Part shown: in pieces, positions 32,540-42,884 of the stretch
How the letters are laid out: each line of letters starts with the position of its first letter
How positions within the stretch are numbered: the stretch's first letter is position 1
Source of the DNA: an uncultured Planctomycetaceae bacterium
GTDB taxonomy: Bacteria; Planctomycetota; Planctomycetia; Planctomycetales; Planctomycetaceae
Reading direction: 5' to 3'
Assembly: GCA_963815195.1 (NCBI GenBank)
Contig: CAWFGE010000023.1
Coordinates: 384,001-448,000, forward strand
Length of the DNA stretch: 64,000 nt
Notes under the pieces: generated by a model
Seen by the model: only the letters and a program-made list of their open reading frames with translations
Told to the model about the DNA's origin: nothing
Database searches by the model: none
Program-made: the position numbers and the translations under genes

Positions 32540-32905
32540 CCCAAAGCGCAAGCGAGGGACATCAAATCCCTCGCTTGCGTTTCGGGGTAATTCAAACAAA
32601 GTCAGTAGTTCCAAAAATGCCTGAGCCGCGCACGAAGTAAGCGGTCCTTGCGTTGTCTGCGTCCCTGAAAACCGCTTACTTCGTGCGCGGCTCTTGAAAA
32701 CGAAACCAATTACCTGAGTTTTTTTTGGAAGTACTGAAAGTGCATTTGCGCTTAATCGGCAAACGGATGATCCCCCAACAGCTTTCGTTGAATCATCAAA
32801 ATCCGGGCTAAGGACCAGCCGGAACGCGCTCGTGTCCGGTTCTTTCCATGAACCGGGGCTAGCGCCCTGCGGCTAATAAATCGGACAATTATTCATCGAG
32901 CGATC
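32540..32905. repeat. Cluster of several REP-like palindromes
   Basis: cgcaagcgaggga/tccctcgcttgcg; 23-bp perfect IR at 32623-32645/32671-32693; outer IR ~32602/32737; family B at 32836-32905. Confidence 0.85.
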
Positions 32906-34210
32906 CTAACGTTTTGCGTCGATGTGCAGCGTCCGCGTCACCGGCTCGGCTTTGGTCACCTTGCCGAAGGGGATTTTTTTGCGAAAGGCCTCGAAATCCG
33001 CCACCGGGCCGACGATGACTTGGATCCCGCCGGGCATGGGATCGAACTGCACGTCCACATCGCCCGGCAGCGCCCTGTGCAGGGCCTCGAAGATGCGGTC
33101 TTCGTCCGCGGTCCCGGCGGCTCCGCGCACGAGAAGCGTGACGGAACTGGCGTCCGTGGCCGATTGGGGCGGAGTGCCGGCGGCGCGCGGGTGGGATTTC
33201 ACGGGAGCCGACGTCCCACCGCTGAGCGTGCGGATGAGCACGGCCAGTTCGACCACCGCCTGTTCGCCGAGTTCATCGGCCAGGGTTTGCTGAAACTGCT
33301 CCGCGGTGTTCGCGGCAAGCAGGGCGTCTAACGTCTGATCCACACGCGAAAGTGTTTTGAGTTTTTCGCGGCTTTGTTGCTGGAAAGCTTCGGCGGGGAG
33401 TTCACGGAGCTTCGCCTGGGCGGCGCGGATTTGTTCCCAGAACGCGACCCAGCCCGCGGGAATCCAGCCGCCTTCGACTTTGATGAGATTAAATGTCGAA
33501 ACCGGCTCGGCAGACCCCGCGGTCATCCAGGCCATTTTCGCCTTATCTTTATCCACCGAGAGCGTCTTGGGCGTCAGTCCCGCGAGCATGCCCGATAGGG
33601 AATCTTGTCCCAGCGATTCCGACAGAGCCGCCAACTGCGACAGCCACCGCCCGCCGGTCTGTTTGAGGAATTGGCCCGCATCGAAGGTTTGCAGCCGGGA
33701 CAGATCCGAGAGATCGCTATTCACCAGAATCGTCAACAGTTCGACCAGCCCGTCCCAGTTCTTTTCGAGCGCGAGCCTTTGTTCGGGGGAGAGCGTCTCG
33801 ATGCTCGGATGGCTCAAGATGTATGTTTTCTTTTCCGCGAGCACGCGGGCGAGTTTCTTCCAGGTCGCGAAGCTGCGGGACCAAAGCGCGGGGTCCATTT
33901 TCTTGGCGAAGTCGTGAACCAGGCCGTTGATGTCGCCGCGGAACCGCCGGGGCATCGCCTGCCAGATCACCTCCGGCCGGTTTTGGCGGAGGCCTTCGAC
34001 CATCTGCCGGACGGTGGCTTCGGGAGCCAGCGGGTCGGTGGGATTTTTCTCTGCAGCTGGCTCTTTCGTTGGATTCGTCGCCCGGGTGGTTTCGCTCTTT
34101 TGCGGTTCGGGCGACTTGGAACCCTGGCAGCCGGGGAGCGCTCCCCAGACCAATCCCAAACACAAGGCCCACGCGGTCGCGGGGCGAAACTGAAAAACCG
34201 GCAGGCTCAC
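32906..34210 (-). CDS. Hypothetical lipoprotein
   Basis: 434 aa, ALPGC lipobox-like leader. Confidence 0.7.
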   Translation of the reverse strand: MSLPVFQFRPATAWALCLGLVWGALPGCQGSKSPEPQKSETTRATNPTKEPAAEKNPTDPLAPEATVRQMVEGLRQNRPEVIWQAMPRRFRGDINGLVHDFAKKMDPALWSRSFATWKKLARVLAEKKTYILSHPSIETLSPEQRLALEKNWDGLVELLTILVNSDLSDLSRLQTFDAGQFLKQTGGRWLSQLAALSESLGQDSLSGMLAGLTPKTLSVDKDKAKMAWMTAGSAEPVSTFNLIKVEGGWIPAGWVAFWEQIRAAQAKLRELPAEAFQQQSREKLKTLSRVDQTLDALLAANTAEQFQQTLADELGEQAVVELAVLIRTLSGGTSAPVKSHPRAAGTPPQSATDASSVTLLVRGAAGTADEDRIFEALHRALPGDVDVQFDPMPGGIQVIVGPVADFEAFRKKIPFGKVTKAEPVTRTLHIDAKR

Positions 34211-34312
34211 TGCGGATCACTCCGTTGGAAGGCTCACTTGGGACCGCGCAACGGGAACCCGCACTCCACAGAAGGTCATCCCGGGACGTTCTGGAGACTG
34301 TTTGGTCCGGGG

Positions 34313-34498
34313 TTATTCCGCCTGCGCGGTTTCTTCCTCCGCCAGGTTCACGAACGGGCTGATCCGGCGGACTTTCTCTTGGATGGCGGCTTTGTCGCCT
34401 TCGTTGGTCGCGGCCCGGTATTTGGCCCGCAACTTGCGCAACTTGGCCCGGCGGCTACGGCGGCGGGCAATTTCACGATCTCGCTCCACGCGTCCCAT
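34313..34498 (-). CDS. Small basic protein (DUF6800-like)
   Basis: MGRVERDREIARRRSRRAKLRKLR...EKVRRISPF. Confidence 0.75.
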   Translation of the reverse strand: MGRVERDREIARRRSRRAKLRKLRAKYRAATNEGDKAAIQEKVRRISPFVNLAEEETAQAE

Positions 34499-34756
34499 GG
34501 AAGGGTCCTTGAAAAAATAAAAGTGTTCACCCGACTGATTGATGGTTTGGAAGTTAAATTTTTATCAGCACCGCTGCGCCGGGTCAACCAGACGGACCTC
34601 GTTTCCGGCGATTTGATCGTGTCTCTCGCGAAAGATCTTGGCTTCGCGAAGGTTGGCGAGGGTTGGCAGGCGGATTACAATGTCTTGTTTTGGCGGTTCC
34701 GCGTCCGGAATCCGCCGCGAGTTGCCTCGTCCGAAAATATTCAAAGAGAGTTCGTC

Positions 34757-35779
34757 GTGTTTGAGACTGTCGCCCTTGTAGGGGCCACCGGAGCCGTGGG
34801 CCGCATCATGCGGCATCTTTTGGAAGAACGCCAACTGCCTGTGCGGAATTACCGGTTCATTGCCTCCGCGCAAAGCGCCGGGCAGACGCTGATGTTCCAG
34901 GGCAAACAATATGAGGTCGAAGCGCTGACCCACGATTGCTTTGCCGGGGCGGACCTGGTGCTCTCCAGCACACCGGACGACGTGGCGGCGGAGTATTTGC
35001 CCTCGGCTGTCGCTGCGGGTTGCCGGGTCATCGATGAATCGGGCTATTGGCGGATGAAGCCGGACGTGGCCCTCGTGGTTCCGGAGATCAACCCCGCAGC
35101 CGCGCTCGAGGCGAAAGGCATCATCGCCAGCCCCAACTGCTCGACCACGCAAATGGTGATGGCCTTAAAACCCCTCCACGATGCGGCCCGCGTTCGCCGG
35201 GTCATCGTGAGCACCTATCAGGCTGTCAGCGGGGCGGGCCTGCAAGGCACGACCGATTTGATCGAAGGCACGAAAGCCCACCTCGCGGGAGCGGACTATG
35301 CCTATCAAGCCTTCACCCACCCGATCGCGTTCAACTGCATTCCGCAGATCGGCAGCGAAAAAGCCGACGGATATACCAGCGAAGAGCTGAAAATGGTTTA
35401 CGAAACCCGCAAGATCCTGGGCGACGAGTCGATCCAGATCAACGCGACCTGCGTGCGGATTCCGGTGTCCAACTGCCACAGCGAGAGCATCACCGTCGAG
35501 ACCCAGCGCCCCGTTTCGCCGGAAGAGGCCCGCGAGTTGTTTTCTTCGTTTCCGGGCATCGTCGTGGATGATGACCTCAAAAACGGCAAATACCCGCTGC
35601 CCAGCACCGGCACGAACCGCGATGAAGTCTTCATCGGCCGCATCCGCCGCGACATCTCGCACCCCAACGGCCTGTCGTTCTGGTGCGTCAGCGACAACCT
35701 CAGAAAAGGCGCCGCCACCAATGCGGTGCAAATCGCGGAGTTGCTCATCAAGCACGCGGCAAACTTGCAAAGCCGATGA
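34757..35779 (+). CDS. asd: Aspartate-semialdehyde dehydrogenase
   Basis: VGATGAVG, ASPNCST, STYQAVSGAG, TCVRIPV, SDNLRKGAATNAVQIAE; GTG start. Confidence 0.96.
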   Translation: MFETVALVGATGAVGRIMRHLLEERQLPVRNYRFIASAQSAGQTLMFQGKQYEVEALTHDCFAGADLVLSSTPDDVAAEYLPSAVAAGCRVIDESGYWRMKPDVALVVPEINPAAALEAKGIIASPNCSTTQMVMALKPLHDAARVRRVIVSTYQAVSGAGLQGTTDLIEGTKAHLAGADYAYQAFTHPIAFNCIPQIGSEKADGYTSEELKMVYETRKILGDESIQINATCVRIPVSNCHSESITVETQRPVSPEEARELFSSFPGIVVDDDLKNGKYPLPSTGTNRDEVFIGRIRRDISHPNGLSFWCVSDNLRKGAATNAVQIAELLIKHAANLQSR

Positions 35780-35948
35780 GGATCGAGCCGACGATTTGGC
35801 CGTGCAATTTTTTTGCCGGGTCGTTGTTGTTTTGCGCCCGGCGCAACAAATTCCCATGATCCGGAGACTGTCAGCCGGCGTTTCGATGAGTACAATCAAC
35901 TTCCGATCACGGAATCACTTCAACAGACGACTATTGCAGGCAAATCGA

Positions 35949-38033
35949 ATGCCGATGTTTTTTTCATTTTGCCGGCCGCGGGTTGTGCCTTCGTTGGCGC
36001 TCGTTTGCGGGTTTCTGTTTCTCGGGGCGTCCGGTTTTCTCGACGAGCCGGCACGGGCGGGGGGCAGCAGCGTGAGCCACCGGGCTTCCGACCTGATGGT
36101 GACGATTGATTCCCGCTGGGCGGGGGTGCAACGGGGCGGGTATTATCCGATCCGAATTCGCGTGACCAACGCGGGGCCGACTTGCAACCTGACATTCCGT
36201 TTTCTGCCGCAGGAGGGGGAGCAAATTCCGACGGTCGAGCGGCGGGATTTGCAGGTCGAACAGGACGGGACGGCGGGGTTCACCTTGTCGATTCCCCTGG
36301 TGGGCCGGGGCTCGGAGGGGAATCTCGAAATCGAACGCGACGGCGTCGTGCTCGATCAATTCACCACGCGGGTCCGCATGTCGGACGTGGATTACAATCC
36401 CGCCCGGCCCAGCTTTCTCGTGATCTCGCCCAACGTCGTCGGCACCCAGACGATCGAGTATGGAATCAAAACGGCCGTTGCCGGCGGCGAGGTGGCGTTC
36501 TCCGACGACCACCAGGTTCTCCCCCCGGTGATGCTGCCCAAGTCGTGGGTCGACTACACCGGCGTGGACATGGTGATGATCTCCTTGAAAACCCTCGCCG
36601 AGTTGCCCGCGGACGAACGCGCGGCAATCCTGCAATGGACCCAGACGGGCGGAACCCTGGTGATTTACGAGGTGGGAGAACAGCCCGATTCGTCGCCGGA
36701 ATTAAAGAAGCTGCTCAACCTCGCCGATTCCGGCCGATGGACGCCGGCGAACCCGCTGTTGTGGAGGGGGGTTGTGAGTCAGTTGCAATCCCCGAACGAC
36801 GGACGCCCGATGTCCGAGATCGTGGGCGAGGAACGCGAGCCGGAGTCGTCCCAATGGGGCGCCCGGTCCGACGCCTTTGCCCGGCACGATTATCTCTTGG
36901 GCCGGGTTTACGCCTTTCCGGAAAACCCCTTTCCCGGCGCGCCCGTGGATTGGGCCTGGTGGTGGGCCAACACGCCGGTGGAATCCCGTACCTGGGAAGC
37001 CCGCAACGGCGTTTTGCCCCGGCGGTCGAATCCCGACTTTTTCAATTTTCTGATCCCCGGCGTCACCAGCGTTCCGATTTATGCCTTTCTGGTCTTGATG
37101 ACGCTGTTCACGATTGTGATCGGTCCCTTGAATTACGTCCTCCTCCGCCGCCGGAAGCGGATGTACTTGCTGCTGTTGACCATTCCCGCGATCGCCTTTG
37201 TGACCAGCCTGACGCTGTTCGTCTATTCGACGCTGTCTTACGGATTCAGCGTGGCTTCCAGAGCCCGCAGCGTGACGCTGCTCGATCAGCGCACGAACAC
37301 CGCCGTCTCGCTCAGCCGCATCTCGCTGTTCGCGGGGATGGCTCCGTCCGACGGGTTGAAATTCTCGCCGAACACCGCGGTCTATCCCGTTTGGCCCGCG
37401 ACGCATTTGCGCGAAGGGTCGAAGTTTGAATCGGCCCGCACCGTGTGGGGAGAGCAACAGCACCTCGCGGACGGCTGGCTCAGGTCGCGGACGCGCACGC
37501 AGTTCGCCACGGTCCAACACCGCACCGAGCGGGGCCGGCTTGAAGTCGGCGCCGCGTCCGATTCCAGGCTGTCCGTCTCCAACGGCTTGGAATGGGACAT
37601 CGAAGCCCTCGTTCTGGTGGACGGGGACGGAAACATCTTTGAAGGGGATACCCTCGGGGCGGGCAACAGCGGGACGCTGACCAAGGTTGCCCCCCACAAC
37701 CTCGGGAAGTTGGGGGGAGTCGTCAACCTGCTGAGACAGTATCCGCTCGAACTCCCGGAAGATTTGGCCCTCGACACCCAGCGCGATCCATTCTCCCGGC
37801 CCTTTGAGCCGCGGTCCCGCCGCTCCCTCTCCCAAATGCAAAGCGGCGGGATGATGGAATCCCTGATCGAAGCGTTCAAATCCATCAACACCAAATCCTC
37901 GGCCCGCGACCTCGAGCAGATTCTTCCCCGCCGATCGTATTTGGCGGTTCTCGCGGATCGGCCCGGCATCGAACTCGGCCTGGAAGACACCGACGAGCGG
38001 GCAGGCTACCATCTGCTTTGGGGACGATACTAA
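35949..38033 (+). CDS. Membrane protein with a glutamine-amidotransferase-like periplasmic domain
   Basis: LPKSWVDYTGVD, ILQWTQTGGTLVI, TM segments IGPLNYVLL / LLTIPAIAF. Confidence 0.7.
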   Translation: MPMFFSFCRPRVVPSLALVCGFLFLGASGFLDEPARAGGSSVSHRASDLMVTIDSRWAGVQRGGYYPIRIRVTNAGPTCNLTFRFLPQEGEQIPTVERRDLQVEQDGTAGFTLSIPLVGRGSEGNLEIERDGVVLDQFTTRVRMSDVDYNPARPSFLVISPNVVGTQTIEYGIKTAVAGGEVAFSDDHQVLPPVMLPKSWVDYTGVDMVMISLKTLAELPADERAAILQWTQTGGTLVIYEVGEQPDSSPELKKLLNLADSGRWTPANPLLWRGVVSQLQSPNDGRPMSEIVGEEREPESSQWGARSDAFARHDYLLGRVYAFPENPFPGAPVDWAWWWANTPVESRTWEARNGVLPRRSNPDFFNFLIPGVTSVPIYAFLVLMTLFTIVIGPLNYVLLRRRKRMYLLLLTIPAIAFVTSLTLFVYSTLSYGFSVASRARSVTLLDQRTNTAVSLSRISLFAGMAPSDGLKFSPNTAVYPVWPATHLREGSKFESARTVWGEQQHLADGWLRSRTRTQFATVQHRTERGRLEVGAASDSRLSVSNGLEWDIEALVLVDGDGNIFEGDTLGAGNSGTLTKVAPHNLGKLGGVVNLLRQYPLELPEDLALDTQRDPFSRPFEPRSRRSLSQMQSGGMMESLIEAFKSINTKSSARDLEQILPRRSYLAVLADRPGIELGLEDTDERAGYHLLWGRY

Positions 38034-38623
38034 TGGATGAACAGATCCCGACGGCGAACAGCGAAAACGAGGCCCGCCTCTCGCAGACTCTGGAAGAAAA
38101 ACGGGTGGCCGAACTCACCGAGCGGGTCGAAGATTTTCTCTGCGAGGGGGAGGAGTTTCTCGTTCGCTGCCTGGACGACGAAATCGAAGTCATCCCGGCT
38201 CAGCAGGCGAGCGCGGTCCGCCGAACCCACGAAGACCTTTACGGGTTCATGTTGTCGCTGAATCAGCAGCTCTCCGAAGCCGCGGCCGTTCCGCGTTGGA
38301 TTGTGCGGTTGGGCGTCCTCGCGCTGATTCTCGGCTTGCACCTGGACTGGTTCGCGGGACTGCCGGTGCCCATCGAAATGGCCAAGCTGCAAAGCTGGTG
38401 GGTCTACGGCTTGATGCTGCTGTTGGGGTATGCGGTCAATTCCCTGGTCCATGAATGGCGGCAGCATCAGATCTACAACAACCGCCGGGCCGAGTTATTG
38501 CATCTGCTCAATGAGAGCGGCTTGCCGAAGTATCGCTTGCTGACGCAAATCGAAGGCGATCCGGCCGTGTCGGACTTTTCCAGCATGCTCAAGAAAGACC
38601 ACACCCAGGAAGCCCGCTATTGA
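38033..38623 (+). CDS. Hypothetical membrane protein
   Basis: TAATG overlap with the upstream gene; two hydrophobic segments. Confidence 0.7.
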   Translation: MDEQIPTANSENEARLSQTLEEKRVAELTERVEDFLCEGEEFLVRCLDDEIEVIPAQQASAVRRTHEDLYGFMLSLNQQLSEAAAVPRWIVRLGVLALILGLHLDWFAGLPVPIEMAKLQSWWVYGLMLLLGYAVNSLVHEWRQHQIYNNRRAELLHLLNESGLPKYRLLTQIEGDPAVSDFSSMLKKDHTQEARY

Positions 38624-38718
38624 AGGGCCGGCGTTTACACGTTGGCAGCGCGTGCTTTCCAAGGATCAAGCCGGAACGCGCTATGAGGGCGAGCGCGTTC
38701 CGGCTGATCGCGGGGAAA

Positions 38719-39999
38719 TCAGATCAACTCATGGATCGGTTGCCGGTGCTCCAGGAGGTACTGCGGCCGGCCGGCGGGATCGATGAACTGGGTGGTGTCC
38801 AGGTCGATGCCCAGGTTGTGGTACAACGTCGCCAGGACTTCCTGATAATCCACCGGGCGGCTTTCGGCCTGCTCGGCGTAGCGGGTCGTTGAGCCGATGA
38901 CCTGGCCGGTCCGCATGCCGCCGCCGGCGAGAAACGCCATCGCCACCCGCGGCCAGTGGTCGCGGCCCGCGCGGCTGTTGATCCGCGGAGTGCGGCCGAA
39001 CTCGCCCCAGACCACGATCGACACATCGTCCAGCATGCCGTGGCTTTCGAGGTCGGTGATCAACGTGGAGAGGCCCCGATCCATGGTGGGGAGATTCCGC
39101 GTGCTGAGGCTCTTGAAGTTGTTGGCGTGCGTGTCCCAACCGCCCCAGGGGGCGTTCATCGCGACGACGCGGACGCCGACTTCGATCAACCGCCGGGCCG
39201 TGAGCAGGTTGCGATTTTCGCGGCCGTAGCGTTCGACGACGCGGGGATCTTCCTTCTTGATGTCGAGGGCATCGGCCAACCGGCCCGAAGTCACCACGTC
39301 GATGGCGGTTTCGGTGAAGCTGTCCATCGCGGTCATCTGGCCGGAGGCGTCGGCTTCCCGCCGCATCCGGTCCAGCGAATCCAAAAGCGATTTGCGATTC
39401 GAAACGCGGTCGGCCGTCAGCGAGCGGTCCAACGTCAAATTGGTTCCGCCCCGGCTGGGATTGAAGGGCTGATACGTCGCCCCCAGATAACCTGAACTGC
39501 CTCCGTTGTACGACGCGAACGGCGGAGACCCGTTGCCGCTGGAACCCTTCAGCTTGGCGATCACGCTGCCCAGGCTGGGCCGGCCGCCGATGCTTTCCAG
39601 GCTCTTCTGGTTGTAGCCGGTGTGCGTTTGGAAATTGCTATGCCCGGCGTTCGAGCCGACGAGCGAGCGCACGACGGCAAACTTGTCCGCGATCGTGGCG
39701 AGGCGCGGCAGATGCTCGCAGATTTCGATGCCTTCCACATTCGTGGGAATCGGAGCGAACTCGCCGCGGAACTCCACGGGGGCGAGCGGCTTCAAATCGA
39801 AAATGTCCTGATGCGACGGCCCGCCGCTCATGTGAATGTTGATCACGGCCTTGGTGGAAGAACGGATCCCCGCCGCCGCCTCCGCCCGCAGCAAATCCGC
39901 GAGCGTCAAACCGCCAAGCCCCAACGCCCCGGCCTTCAGAAAACTCCGCCGGGAGACGCCGTCGCAAAACTGTTGTTTTTCACCCCAAATCGTCAGCAT
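38719..39999 (-). CDS. DUF1501 domain protein (Tat signal)
   Basis: SRRSFLKAG, GGPSHQDIFDLKP, GGWDTH, WGEFGRTPRIN, GRDHWP. Confidence 0.93.
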   Translation of the reverse strand: MLTIWGEKQQFCDGVSRRSFLKAGALGLGGLTLADLLRAEAAAGIRSSTKAVINIHMSGGPSHQDIFDLKPLAPVEFRGEFAPIPTNVEGIEICEHLPRLATIADKFAVVRSLVGSNAGHSNFQTHTGYNQKSLESIGGRPSLGSVIAKLKGSSGNGSPPFASYNGGSSGYLGATYQPFNPSRGGTNLTLDRSLTADRVSNRKSLLDSLDRMRREADASGQMTAMDSFTETAIDVVTSGRLADALDIKKEDPRVVERYGRENRNLLTARRLIEVGVRVVAMNAPWGGWDTHANNFKSLSTRNLPTMDRGLSTLITDLESHGMLDDVSIVVWGEFGRTPRINSRAGRDHWPRVAMAFLAGGGMRTGQVIGSTTRYAEQAESRPVDYQEVLATLYHNLGIDLDTTQFIDPAGRPQYLLEHRQPIHELI

Positions 40000-40666
40000 C
40001 GGTTTTGCCTCCTTTGTATTGGTGAACATTTTCAGAGTCGTTTCGCCCTGCACTCTTCAGCAGCGTTGCCTTTAGCATACACAGATAAGGCGACACTTCA
40101 ACACGTATTGATGAGATCGAACCGTTTTTGCGGGTTTTCGAGTTCGCGGCGATTCTTCTTCCGAGGCGTCAAACCTCCTGATTTTCAGGCTCTGGTTGCT
40201 CTCGGCCGGCTTGTGGCGCAAATCGCCCCGGTATGATAGAGGGACTGAAACTTGGAACTCCGCCCCGCGAGGGTTTCCCGTCGCCGGTTCGAGAGAGGTT
40301 TCCACCAAGACACGAAGGCCGGAAAAACGCCCAGCGAAAACGCCCCCGAGTCTTTTGTCCCTTTGTGATTGTCTCTGCCCATTGTGCCTTCGTGGTCGCC
40401 TTTTTTTCGTCGATTTTCAAGTGTCCGCGGTGGGTCCTTTTGCCCGCAATTCTGAGAATAATTCCCCACGCCGGGGCAAACGTCGCTACAATAAAAATGG
40501 GCACAGCGAATGGGGATTTTCCCCCCGAAACCTCACAACGTCTCCGCCGTGCCGTTCACTTCTAGCCACACTTTTTTCAATCTGGTAAAGTCTTAAGCAG
40601 AAAACAGGCACGATGTTTGCCTGAGGCCCGCTGGTTTTTGTTGTTACGGTGAGTACACGCACGCTC

Positions 40667-42071
40667 ATGGATCCTGAACAAGCCAAACGCATCGCCAACG
40701 AATGTTGGAAGTCGGGGACGGCCGCCGTCTCCAAGCAGAATTTTGATTATGCCGTGGAACAATTCTCGACAGCCGCCAAATTGGTGCCGGAGAATCTGGT
40801 TTATCGGCAGTGTCTCCGCGGAGCGGAATATGCCAGATACAAAAACAACGGCTCGGGCGCCCGCATGTCCGGTCCGAAGCTGATGGGCATTCGCTCGCGG
40901 ATCAAAAAGGCCAGAGGCAAACAGGACTGGTCCACGATGAACCAGGAAGCCGAGAACGGCCTGATGCTCAATCCGTGGGACGCCCAGCTCGAAGCCTCGG
41001 TCGGCGAAGCCTCCATCCAGTTGGGTTTTCCGGACATCGCGTTGTTCGCGTATTCGAATGCGGTCAAGCAGGACAAGGAAAACGTCGCGCTCCTCCAGGC
41101 TTTGGCCGAGGTGCACGAAGCCCGGCGGAACTACGACGAGGCCATCAATCTCTGGGAAAAAATCCATAAGCTCCAGCCGCTCAATAGCGCCGCCCGGTCC
41201 AAACAGACCCAGCTCCAGGCCGAAAAGACGACCGACCGCGGCGGCTACGACGAAGCCGAAAACACCCGCGACGTCAAAGCCGGCCAAACGGCCTACGACC
41301 TGGACCGCAAGAAGAAGGACAGCGGGGCCGACCTGATCGGGCCCGGCGACGATCCCGAATCGGACCTGAAGCGGGCCATCCGCAAAAATCCCGACAGCTA
41401 CGAAGGCTATCTCAAGCTGGCCCTGTTTTACCGCAAGGAAAAACGGCTCGACGAATGCATCGAGCAGTTCAAAGCGGCCCACGAAAAATCCGGCGAGAAT
41501 GACGACATCCGCGAGCAGTTGGAAGACGTTCAACTGGAAAAACTGCGAAACCAGTACGAAGACGCCAAAGAAGACGCCGCGAAGAGCCCCGACGACGACG
41601 AACTGCAAAAGAAACGCACCGCGCTCGGGAACAAACTCATCAAGAGCGAAATCCACGTGTTTTCCAAGCGGATCGAGCGCCACGCTCAGGACAGCCGGCT
41701 GAAATATCGAGCTCGGCAAGCGCTACATGCGGATCAAGCGAAACAAAGACGCCATCAAGCTGTTCCAGCAGTCGGTGGCCGACAAGCGGCTCGAGACCGA
41801 AGTCTACGTGCTGATGGGCGAATGCTTTCTGAATGAAAGCCAAGTCCCGCTCGCCAAGCGGCAATTCGAGAAAGCCCTCCCCAATCTCAACTCGCACGAC
41901 GACGAAGAGCTTTTCAAGACCGCCCATTATGCCTTGGGCCGAATTGCGGAAAAAAACGGCGAACGCGAAACCGCCGAAGATCATTACAACGAGATTCTGG
42001 CCGTCGATTACGGCTACCGCGACGTCGAAAAACGCATGAGAAGCCTCGGCGAAGAAGAACGGGCGAGTTAG
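40667..42071 (+). CDS. TPR-repeat protein, frameshifted near 41707
   Basis: Multiple TPR helices; the frames join as LKY/ELGKRYMR; C-terminal ILAVDYGYRDV. Confidence 0.8.
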
Positions 42072-42083
42072 GGGCCTTCGATC

Positions 42084-42140
42084 GTAGCGGGGGCTTCCGG
42101 CCGCCGAGATCGATCGACGGCGGCAAGATGCCGCCATTAC
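42084..42140. repeat. GTAG-type REP doublet
   Basis: gtagcgggggcttccggccgcc ... ggcggcaagatgccgccattac; related single copy at 19614. Confidence 0.65.
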
Positions 42141-42309
42141 GTTGGTTCCGGGTTTCGGTCCGCGAGACCCGCACGATCGGCGCATTCGATACGGGGGCCA
42201 CAGTGCGGGGCGATTTTCGGAAGAATGTTCCGGCGCACCCGGATTTGTGCTGTAGAGTTCCGTCAGTTGACGAATCGTTTCCTTACATCTCACATAGCAG
42301 GGACTGGCG

Positions 42310-42513
42310 ATGTTAGTACTCAGCCGCAAAAAGGACGAACGAATTATTATCGGCGATCAGATTACCGTTATGGTCATCGAGATTCGTGGTGATAAAGTCC
42401 GTTTGGGGATCGACGCCCCGAAAGAAGTCACGGTCCATCGGGAAGAAGTTTACGAAGCCATTCGGCGGGAGCAGCAGTCCAATCTGCCTTCGGTCGATCC
42501 GGTGGAAAACTGA
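42310..42513 (+). CDS. csrA: Carbon storage regulator
   Basis: MLVLSRKKDERIIIGDQI...VRLGIDAPKEVTVHREEVY. Confidence 0.97.
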   Translation: MLVLSRKKDERIIIGDQITVMVIEIRGDKVRLGIDAPKEVTVHREEVYEAIRREQQSNLPSVDPVEN

Positions 42514-42568
42514 GTCCCGAAACCAGCCCAATATAAAATCGGCCGAGGGAATCCGTCGACCGATTCTG

Positions 42569-42615
42569 AAAATCCAGGGAGCGCAATTCACGAGTTGCGC
42601 TCCCTGGATTTTTTT
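42569..42615 (+). terminator. Intrinsic terminator after csrA
   Basis: aaatccagggagcgcaa-loop-ttgcgctccctggattttttt. Confidence 0.85.
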
Positions 42616-42884
42616 GTCGCGAGCTTTTACTGGCGAGCGTGGGGCGTCAGCCCCATGATGGTGTGAATCAAGAACCCGCGCCGGCCCCGTGATCGTTTTG
42701 AATACGAAAACACAATCATTGTCTTGAATTCGGAAGCGTATTCTTCCTTGGGAGAAATCAGCCGGCTTACGCCGGCCGCTCGCCTTTTGGGGTTCGTTGC
42801 GTGCGGTTTGCGGTGCGGTTATAACGGCATTGCCCGATTGGACGCGACACCTCGAAGAAACCGAATCTCCCGGATGCGCCGCCG

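Noticed and set aside
33605..34756. Apparent 384-aa N-terminal extension of Asd
   Set aside because: Overlaps two minus-strand genes; Asd homology begins at the GTG at 34757.
40470..40520. Possible c-di-GMP-I riboswitch (gggcaaac start)
   Set aside because: The downstream conserved GAAA and gacgcaaagc elements are absent.
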